NCBI GenBank assembly: GCA_000182565.2
Contig: KQ257454.1
Strand: one strand, 5' to 3'
DNA length: 64,000 nt
Source: Spizellomyces punctatus DAOM BR117
Lineage: Eukaryota
A program made the translations under genes and the position numbers. The notes beneath the pieces are model-generated. The model had not been told where the DNA came from. It saw nothing but the letters and a program-made list of their open reading frames with translations, and ran no database searches. Below, one piece after another: positions 1-8,577 of this stretch. Each line of letters begins with the position of its first letter. Position 1 is the stretch's first letter.

Positions 1-123
1 GATGTGAGAGACAAATGGGGGTTTCATGGTCCTGGACATTTCGTCCTGTCATGTCTGATATAGAACTCAAGCGGATGGCTCTCCAGCCATGCTGGAACGA
101 ACGCTCCTAAATCCAATCAAGAG

Positions 124-783
124 ATGAGGTATCCGATAAACCATGGTAGCGATGGATACAAGAATGATATAGACCTTAACAAAAGAATCAAACAAATGCG
201 CGAAGGTCATGAGAAAAATGTAGAAGATGAAAGGCGCGAGAATATAAAGATTGCTAGCATACAACGTTTCCGCTCTAGACATGGAATCTACAATCCTGGG
301 GAGAGTTTGCTAGAGACAACAGGATTGGGAACTCGGGGTACGGATATTTCGGCAACAAGAGACCAATTTAACGCTCATCGGGGACCTCAAACAGATACTT
401 CCCGAAATATATTCTATCAGGAAGACACACCAAGTACGGTATCGGAATTTATGTTACATCGAAGACCTGATACTGATACAGATATTGAACTGGCTATAAA
501 TACACCGCTACCTATATCTCCTATTTCGGATGCGATTGTTCCCGGTTCGGCTGCCACACCTGAAATGACATTTTCAACTCCAAGCGACATAACAACAAGG
601 GTTCTTTCGTCCCCTAGTCTGGTCGAAAGAACCGACCCAAGAGATTCTTCAAGAAAACAAGTATTCAACCCAAGAACGGGTTTGTGGATATTCAAGAATG
701 GAAATACACACAAGGAATTAAAGAGGGAATGGAGAAGTCATGGTAATGCTACTCCCAAAACATGGAAACATGTTCCTTATTAG
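124..783 (+). CDS. Hypothetical viral-type protein with C-terminal NPxTG (2-cysteine-adaptor-like) motif
   Basis: 219-aa intronless ORF; VFNPRTGLWIFKNGNTHKEL at 661-720. Confidence 0.6.
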   Translation: MRYPINHGSDGYKNDIDLNKRIKQMREGHEKNVEDERRENIKIASIQRFRSRHGIYNPGESLLETTGLGTRGTDISATRDQFNAHRGPQTDTSRNIFYQEDTPSTVSEFMLHRRPDTDTDIELAINTPLPISPISDAIVPGSAATPEMTFSTPSDITTRVLSSPSLVERTDPRDSSRKQVFNPRTGLWIFKNGNTHKELKREWRSHGNATPKTWKHVPY

Positions 784-844
784 GGAGTTTGTTGGCAAAG
801 CCAATGAACAAACTATGTTTTTTATTTTCTATTTACAAAGCTAA

Positions 845-1633
845 ATGCCAAGAAAGAAGGTTTCTATGCCGGCACAGACAGCGCCCCTTGTGGGCGCGCT
901 GGGACGAAGTCCAAGTGCCAATGCCGGCTTCGGCATCCAAGACCCCATACCAGAGGAAGAAGTACTGCATCGGGAATCAAGCGACGAGGATGAAGAAGAT
1001 GAAGAACATCAAGATTATGTCCAAGAACTTGTCAATAAGTATACAGCGCCCCCCCAAAGGGGGGGTGCGCTGGAACGAAGTTCAACAGCGCTCCCCAACA
1101 ATAGCAAGGAACAAAATGATGCGCCATTACCCAAGAAACGTAGTGCATCAGAAAAGCAACGGGCTCACCTAGAAAAGACCCGAGAGAAGGCCCTTCAAGT
1201 CAGACGAGAACTTGCAGCAAAGAGGAAAGAAGAAAAGGAACTCGAAAGAAAACGTAAGGAAGAAGAAAGGATTTTGGCTAAGGCTGAGGCTCTTATGGAG
1301 CAAGAGAGACGTATCGAGGCAAGACTTCGTGCAAGGGACGTTGAAAAGGAAATAAAGAAGACTTCTCCTGTTGTAAAAAAGCGAGTAAAAACACCCATAC
1401 CCAAACCCAAGAAAAGACAACACATTGTAGTTGAGGAATCTTCAGATGAATCTTCTTCAGACGATTACGAAATTGTCAAAGTCATAAAGAGAAAACGCCC
1501 CGCCCACCAAACTACTGAAAAATACGCCGAAGCCAACTTACTCCCTGTTGAACTTCGTTCCAACGCACCCCCCCAAAGGGGGGGCGCTGTGCACTCGCAA
1601 AGGGTCCATTCATTCTTTGACGACATAATATAG
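845..1633 (+). CDS. Charged coiled-coil protein of putative viral origin, with in-frame palindromic insertions
   Basis: 262-aa ORF; SEKQRAHLEKTREKA followed by a K/E/R-rich helix and KPKKRQHIVVEESSDESSSDDYEIVKVIKRKRP; APPQRGGA occurs twice, encoded by hairpins. Confidence 0.65.
   Translation: MPRKKVSMPAQTAPLVGALGRSPSANAGFGIQDPIPEEEVLHRESSDEDEEDEEHQDYVQELVNKYTAPPQRGGALERSSTALPNNSKEQNDAPLPKKRSASEKQRAHLEKTREKALQVRRELAAKRKEEKELERKRKEEERILAKAEALMEQERRIEARLRARDVEKEIKKTSPVVKKRVKTPIPKPKKRQHIVVEESSDESSSDDYEIVKVIKRKRPAHQTTEKYAEANLLPVELRSNAPPQRGGAVHSQRVHSFFDDII
878..914 (+). repeat. GC-rich double-hairpin element, copy 1
   Basis: ACAGCGCCCC-TTGT-GGGCGCGCTG followed by GGAC-GAA-GTCC. Confidence 0.7.
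1043..1088 (+). repeat. GC-rich double-hairpin element, copy 2
   Basis: ACAGCG-C7-AAA-G7-TGCGCTG followed by GAAC-GAA-GTTC-AACAG. Confidence 0.8.
1545..1590 (-). repeat. GC-rich double-hairpin element, copy 3 (inverted relative to copy 2)
   Basis: Near-perfect reverse complement of 1043-1088, except one substitution and the loop (AAA on the + strand in both copies). Confidence 0.8.
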
Positions 1634-1720
1634 ACAATGCTTCCACAAGGGGGAGCCAAGACGTGTTGACGAACACCTACTTTATTTCTAAGCTATGATG
1701 ATAAAAAGGAAAAGAAGAAG

Positions 1721-2159
1721 ATGCCTTTGCCGAATAGCATTCAAGGCACTTATACAGTACGAAGAAATTTTGAAGTTCTCGACAATTTCAAGTCTGGGAA
1801 AATTAGAGCCGATTTCATCTATGGAGACAGTTTGCAAAATAGAAATGGTATAGTAACTATTCTCGATTTGGATAGTGGTACACCTAGCCTGTCTATTGAA
1901 AAGAATAATGGAAAATATCTAATATCTCTTGAAGAAACAACCTATCAGTTTCCACTCTATATAGATAATACTAGAAATGTCAGCCTTGTGATGGATAACA
2001 CCCTGCTTATAACAGAAAACGGACTATCAGTTAGCCGAGAACCGCTCCAGCAACCATTATATCGTGATGAGTCATCACAGGCTATTGGTATACAAATTGA
2101 TGATGATGAATTGAAAGTGGATAATGAAAAATTGACAGTTGTTCCTTTGAATTACGAGT
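1721..2159 (+). CDS. N-terminal part of a fibre-like protein with adenovirus-shaft-like repeats (runs into the gap)
   Basis: FPLYIDNTRNVSLVMDNTLLITENGLSV...QPLYRDESSQAIGIQIDDDELKVDNEKLTV shows PL-x-hydrophobic beta-spiral periodicity; frame is open up to the Ns. Confidence 0.55.
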
Positions 2160-2800
2160 NNNNNNNNNNNNNNNNNNNNNNNNNNNNNNNNNNNNNNNNN
2201 NNNNNNNNNNNNNNNNNNNNNNNNNNNNNNNNNNNNNNNNNNNNNNNNNNNNNNNNNNNNNNNNNNNNNNNNNNNNNNNNNNNNNNNNNNNNNNNNNNNN
2301 NNNNNNNNNNNNNNNNNNNNNNNNNNNNNNNNNNNNNNNNNNNNNNNNNNNNNNNNNNNNNNNNNNNNNNNNNNNNNNNNNNNNNNNNNNNNNNNNNNNN
2401 NNNNNNNNNNNNNNNNNNNNNNNNNNNNNNNNNNNNNNNNNNNNNNNNNNNNNNNNNNNNNNNNNNNNNNNNNNNNNNNNNNNNNNNNNNNNNNNNNNNN
2501 NNNNNNNNNNNNNNNNNNNNNNNNNNNNNNNNNNNNNNNNNNNNNNNNNNNNNNNNNNNNNNNNNNNNNNNNNNNNNNNNNNNNNNNNNNNNNNNNNNNN
2601 NNNNNNNNNNNNNNNNNNNNNNNNNNNNNNNNNNNNNNNNNNNNNNNNNNNNNNNNNNNNNNNNNNNNNNNNNNNNNNNNNNNNNNNNNNNNNNNNNNNN
2701 NNNNNNNNNNNNNNNNNNNNNNNNNNNNNNNNNNNNNNNNNNNNNNNNNNNNNNNNNNNNNNNNNNNNNNNNNNNNNNNNNNNNNNNNNNNNNNNNNNNN
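2160..2800. other. Assembly gap (N run)
   Basis: Run of N. Confidence 1.
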
Positions 2801-3064
2801 AAACTAAACTAATGGGTGTCGCTGCACCGCAACTGATTTATTGGTGGCGGTACTGATCTCTTCCTTTTCCGCACTGGCTCGGGCCTCCACAGGTTGTACG
2901 AGGCACGCTGAAATCTAATGCGCCAATTGCCATTCTCCGAACCGGTTTTTTCGGTCGCGGTAACCCAATCGGTGGAGTTGGTCACGCGATTCGTGCTTCC
3001 CGCGTCCGATTTGGGCTTACTCGCGATCTCTCGAAGACGTCCTCGTCGTTACATCCCCCCTTTG
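2801..3064 (-). mobile_element. Partial 3' LTR plus polypurine tract of a Gypsy-like element
   Basis: Minus strand reads AAAGGGGGGA (PPT) directly followed by TGTAACG (LTR start at 3053); AATAAA further in; truncated by the gap. Confidence 0.55.
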
Positions 3065-3102
3065 AAGAGCCAACGCACCGGCGCTCCGAGCGGGGGTGTT
3101 GG

Positions 3103-6100
3103 TGTTGGGGAAAGTCGAGAAATAGATGTTATCCTACAACTAGACTGGGTGCACCTGAGAGGTGGATAGCCATGTTAGAAGCTATGCCGTCGCTAGAGAA
3201 CGTCTCTGGGGACTTTGTGTCGAAAGAGCAGCGAAAGAGTTGTATTACAGAAAGAAAAACGGGGTCCTAAATATAGTACAGATCACATGATGACAACCTG
3301 ACTTCGACCTCTAATTTTGGGCGCATAAAGCAACTAACTAACGAAGTGTTTCGACAAGCTTGTAGCGCGGATTCAGGGCTTTCTAGAACCGTCTTGGTCT
3401 TGTCGATAAGTTAATAACTCGCTAAGTTATTCAAGTTACCGTCCCATGGCAACTTCGATGAAATCAATCAATTAATTCCAACACTTCCCCTCGCCCAAAA
3501 TTCCATTCTATTCTTAGGCTCTTTTGTTTGTTGCGTCATCCAGTGATTGAACGCCAAGTTCTACACAACACTGGGCAAACCTCGGTGCAGGAATTGCCTT
3601 GGTAAGAACATCTGCAGTCATCTGTTGAGTGGGGCATCTTCTAACTGAAATCTCGCCACTCTGGATGTGTTCCCTGAGGAAATGATAGCGTATATCAATA
3701 TGCTTCGTCCGTTGTGAAATCAGGGTGTTCTTTGCCAGTTCCATCGCGCCGTTGTTATCCATTTTGAGCACAGTAGGGCCTTGTTTGACTTCCAAAAACC
3801 CGAGCTCTGCTAAGAGGTTTCTCATCCAAATAACCTCTCGTGCACAATCTGATGCCGCAATATACTCTGCCTCAACTGTGGAGAGTGCTGTGCATCTCTG
3901 CTTTGAAGATTTCCAAGCAATAGCGCCGCCTGATAGCTTGAGAAGCCATCCTGAGGTTGACTTCCTATCTGAGAGGTCTCCACCCCAATCTGCATCGGAA
4001 TAGGCTTCCAGATCGTCGCTGTTTTGCTGATAAACAAGCCCGTAGCTTGCTGTCTTTTGCAGGTACCGAAATATCCTCTTTATGCCCGTCCAGTGCATGT
4101 TTCCAGGCGCCTCACAGTGCCTAGCAAGTATCCCAACTGCTGTACTGATGTCAGGCCTAGAGGCAATCGCAGCAAACATCAAGCTGCCTATTGCACTGCG
4201 GTACTTCGATTTATCTACCATGGGTTGCCTTGACCCAAGAGCCTCAAATCGAACAGAGGTATCCAGTGGGGTCGACACTGGGTTCGAGTTTTCCATCTTG
4301 AATCTTCTGAGCACTTCACCAATGTAATGTGCTTGATCCAGGGAAAGAATGCTGCGCGGTTCATCTCTGATTACCCTTAAACCCAAGATGTGGTGGATAG
4401 GGCCAAGATCCTGCATCTTAAATCGCGCTGACAATGTCGTTTTGACCCAATTCATGTCTTCTTTTGACTTGGTTGCAATAACCAGATCATCGACATAAAC
4501 CGCCAGTATGATGAGCCATTTGTTTATGTTTGCGCACTCATCTTTCTCATGTGGTTTGGCTTCCTGAACCTCTTCCCCTTGCCAAATGTAAACACAAGGC
4601 TCGTGCGCCAGCTGTTTAAAGCTGTTTTCGAGGAGGTACGCATGCAGGGTATGGTTCCATAGCCTTCCAGCTTGCTTCAAACCGTAGAGACCCTTCTTCA
4701 ACAAGCAAACAAACTTGTCTGGTGGGTGCTCTGTTGAAATTCCTAGGGGTTGCTCCACATACAGCTCTGAATCAACCTCGCCATTCAGAAATGCTGTTGC
4801 AACATCCATTTGATCCAATAAAAGCCCATGCTTTGCTGCCAGGGCAAAGATCAGTCACAGAGCAGGGAAGGAGATGACGGGTGAAAAGGTCTCATCATAG
4901 TCCAATCCATGGATTTGACTGTACCCTTTGGCTACAAATCTCGCTTTGTGCCTTTCTACAGTGCCGTCAGTCTTCCGCTTTGTTTTATAGACCCATTTGC
5001 TGCCAATTACAGGCCTTCCAGAGGGTCTGGGGATGATTTCCCACGTCCCATTTTCGACCAGTGATGCATATTCAGCCTCCATGGCTTGCATCCAGGCTTC
5101 TTTCTGGGGTGATCGCAGCGCGCCATTAAGTGTTTTTGGGTCTTCATGGCCGAAACCTTCTTGCTGCATCTCCAGATCTGTGGTGGTGGTGGTGGGGGGT
5201 CCTGAAGGCGTTCCTAGGTGTGCATGGAAGGCGTCAACATCGTTGTTTTCTCCTTCCAAATCACTGGGGAAATGCTGCTGTTCCCAGAGGTCAAGTGTGA
5301 CAGTGTCCTTGACATGCTCCAATGGCTCCCAAGTACTCTCAGTTCTGGGGTAACCCTTCCATTTGACAAGGTAGTATGTCTCGTCGCCTTGTTTATCCTC
5401 AGCAAGGATCTCCTCCACAGGGAACTCCTGCTCTTCTTCTTCCAGAAGTGAACCCATCAGTTCAGAGCATGCGTCAGATTGCCCTTTAACTGCCTCATCA
5501 AATGCCACATCCCTAGACTCCAACATAGTGTCATTCTGGGGATTCCACAGTCAATAACATCATGAATTTTGCCCATAACCAACCAGAATCAACTTTGCTG
5601 ATGTGGGATCCAGTTTCCCTCGTAGTGGCTTCAGTATTTGCATGTAGGCAATGCATCCAATTGCTCTCAGATGGTCTACATTAGGGTGTGCCCCTGTCAA
5701 GGCCTCAGAGGGGGTAATCTTCCTCTCCAGCAGCACCTTGGTCGGGCTCAAATTCCTCAAATAATTGGCAGATTCCCAGACTTCTGCCCACAGCTTCTGG
5801 GGGAGGTTATTCTCGTGCAGAATAGACCGAACCTTATCCTCCAGAGTCCTGTTCAATCTCTCAGCAGCTCCATTCTGCTGGGGAGTATAGTGCATCATAG
5901 TTTGGTGGGTGATGCCCTCAGATTTGAGGTAGGCATCAAACTGGTGGTTCACAAACTCACCGCCGCCATCAGTTCTGAATGCCTTGATCGTCCTTTCAGT
6001 CAGATTCTCGATCCAGGCCTTAAATTCCTTGAACTTTTCTAGGCACAACGTCGCTGATTTCGAGTCGAGATAGAAGCATTTGCTATATCTGCTTCCAAGA

Positions 6101-8576
6101 TCCAAGAATGTGAGCACATATCTGGCTCCACCAAGCGATTTGGTGCGTATTGGTCCACATATGTCGCTACATATGACCTCCAAAAGCTGGTAACTCTTCT
6201 TGGGTGATTCAGGAAAGGGCAATCGTGTTTGTTTACCCTTCTGACATCCATCACAAAGCTGGTCTTCAACCACTGCTTTGCCATCAAAATTAAGACCATC
6301 AACCATACTGGTGAGCGTCTTCAAATTGCCATAACTTAAATGGCCTAACCGCCGATGCCACAGCTTCAGTTTCCCGCCATCCTGCTTCTCAGGGCAACCC
6401 AAAGCTTGGTCTTCATGCTGTACTTCAGCTCCCATCACTTGGGAGTCACAGCTCGCGCTGCCAGGGTAAGCAGCAAGCTTGTAAAGCTCCCCTTCCCTGT
6501 TTCCTGCAGCAAACAATCGCTTATCTAGATGGAATTCCACTCCTCCAGACTGCGAAAAGGTGACGTCCATGCCATTGTCAATAATGGCTCTGATAGACAG
6601 AAGATTGCAGCCCAACTCTGGGGCATACAGGACGTCCTGCAACACCACCTGCCGTTGATGTTGCTGTCCTGGAGTCTCCAACTCCAGGGGGATAGTACCA
6701 ATGCCTTCTGCATTGATAACTTCGTCATTTGCAAGCACAATTTGTCGTGAAATGGGCCTCAGATTGACAAAGAGTTCTTTGTGGGGACTCATATGCTGGC
6801 TACAGCCCGAATCAACTATAAATTGGACCTTCTTGCTGTAAGATTGCTGTGGTAGCTTCCTGCTAATCAAAGCAATGGCTTTCGCATCGTCCTGATGACC
6901 ATCCATTTGTTTATCCACAGCCAGCTTGGCTGTACTGTCTCCCTTGGCTGTTCCAGTGGTTTGCGACCCGCTCTTCTCCTTCATGGCGCATTGGTATGCA
7001 AGATGGCCTGGGTTCCCACAGGTAAAACAGGTCTTCTGCATCGTCTGCTTCTTGCCATTGGTGCCGTTGGTCGCCTTTCCATAGCTCTGGGAGTTGTGGG
7101 ACTGTTTCTGGTCGTCATATTGGTTCGTCTTAGCCGCATTGACATGAGCTTTCTTCCCTTGCTTTGACTGGTTGAATACCCGTGGGTTGTTGATGTATTC
7201 CAGTCTCAAAACAGCCAATTTGAGCGTCTCCATGCTGTCCAAGTTCGATGGATTTGCCTCAATGCTGGCTCTCAAATCCTTGCGCAATCCTCGCAGGAAT
7301 AATACCTTCATCACCTCGTCATGCAGCACCGTTGTTTGCATGGATAGATTGGTGAACTGGTCAATAAACTCGACAATGGTGAGGTTCTCTGTGTCCTGAG
7401 AGATGTCGAAAAGTCTCTCCAGAGTTTTCCTCTGGTAATCTGGGGGTGTGAAGCGCTCAAGCAGAGCCTTCCGCAGCTGACTCCAAGTCCTGATTCGCCT
7501 TGGATCATCCTCCTCAACCTCTGTGAGGTGGTTCCCCCAAAAAACCTCTGCAGAATCCTTCAGCTTTGACGTGGCAACCTTCAGTTCCAGTCTGGGGGGC
7601 AGTTCTGCTATGCTGAAGTACTCTTCAAGTTTGCGCACAAACTCTAGCAGCTTATTAGTGTTGCTACCACCATGGTAGCGAGGGACTTCTTCCCTCAAAG
7701 TCTTTAGCACCTGCTTCTCTTCCTCATGAGAGAATGTGCTCCGAGAGCCTTCTGACTTGATATCTGCATCCCTATGCCTCAAGTTCTGCTCTGGTTTGAA
7801 TGGCACCTCCTGCACCATCGTAGGAAGTGTTTCCGCGGCTCTAGCTGGCTGGGTTTGGGTCCTCTGTCTCAAAACTTCCTGAATATTGTTCAGAAGCTCT
7901 CTTCTGAACATCCTCATCTCGTCCTTGAACTCCAAAAAGGACTCCTGAGTGAGGTACTGGGGCTCGTCTTGAGCTTCCAGGTAACTACTGATGTCGTCGT
8001 CCTGAGCTTGCTGAGCTTCCCTTCTGGCGTGCTCTTCAATCTCCTCAAACTGACCAGAAAGAGACATCTTTCTCTTTCCCTTTTGCGCTGGTGTTCTGTC
8101 CAGGGGCATCCTTTGCTTCCTTTTTCAATACACCGCTCAGTAGTTCGTATTCGCGTTGTTCTCAGCTGTCTGACAGGCAACCAGGGCTCATAACCTGTTG
8201 GGGAAAGTCGAGAAATAGGTGTTATCCTACAACTAGACTGGGTGCACCTGAGAGGTGGATAGCCATGTTAGAAGCTATGCCGTCGCTAGAGAACGTCTCT
8301 GGGGACTTTGTGTCGAAAGAGCAGCGAAAGAGTTGTATTACAGAAAGAAAAACGGGGTCCTAAATATAGTACAGATCACATGATGACAACCTGACTTCGA
8401 CCTCTAATTTTGGGCGCATAAAGCAACTAACTAACGAAGTGTTTCGACAAGCTTGTAGCGCGGATTCAGGGCTTTCTAGAACCGTCTTGGTCTTGTCGAT
8501 AAGTTAATAACTCGCTAAGTTATTCAAGTTACCGTCCCATGGCAACTTCGATGAAATCAATCAATTAATTCCAACA
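3103..8576 (-). mobile_element. Ty1/Copia LTR retrotransposon family A (Gypsy-type Gag, chromodomain after integrase)
   Basis: 381-bp LTRs at 3103-3483 and 8196-8576 (TG...CA, one mismatch by eye); PBS GGTTATGAGCCC at 8184-8195; PPT at 3484-3496; domain order PR-IN-RT-RH. No TSD (GTTGG vs GGTAC). Confidence 0.95.
3514..8109 (-). pseudogene. gag-pol polyprotein of Copia-A with three in-frame TGA stops
   Basis: CCHC knuckle CFTCGNPGHLAYQC, protease VDSGCSQHM, LWHRRLGH, integrase DICGP/TDGGGEF/AERLNR, chromodomain, RT QMDVATAFLNG/YVDD, RNase H YSDADW/KHIDIRYHF. ORFs 5560-8109, 4855-5526 and 3514-4818 are all in one frame. Confidence 0.93.
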
Positions 8577-8577
8577 G

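Noticed and set aside
1721-2812. 363-aa ORF spanning the gap
   Set aside because: Length is an artefact of translating Ns; only 1721-2159 is real sequence.
5551-5562. Programmed stop-codon readthrough or alternative genetic code in Copia-A
   Set aside because: Host genes here use TGA as a normal stop, and CpG deamination explains all three stops more simply.
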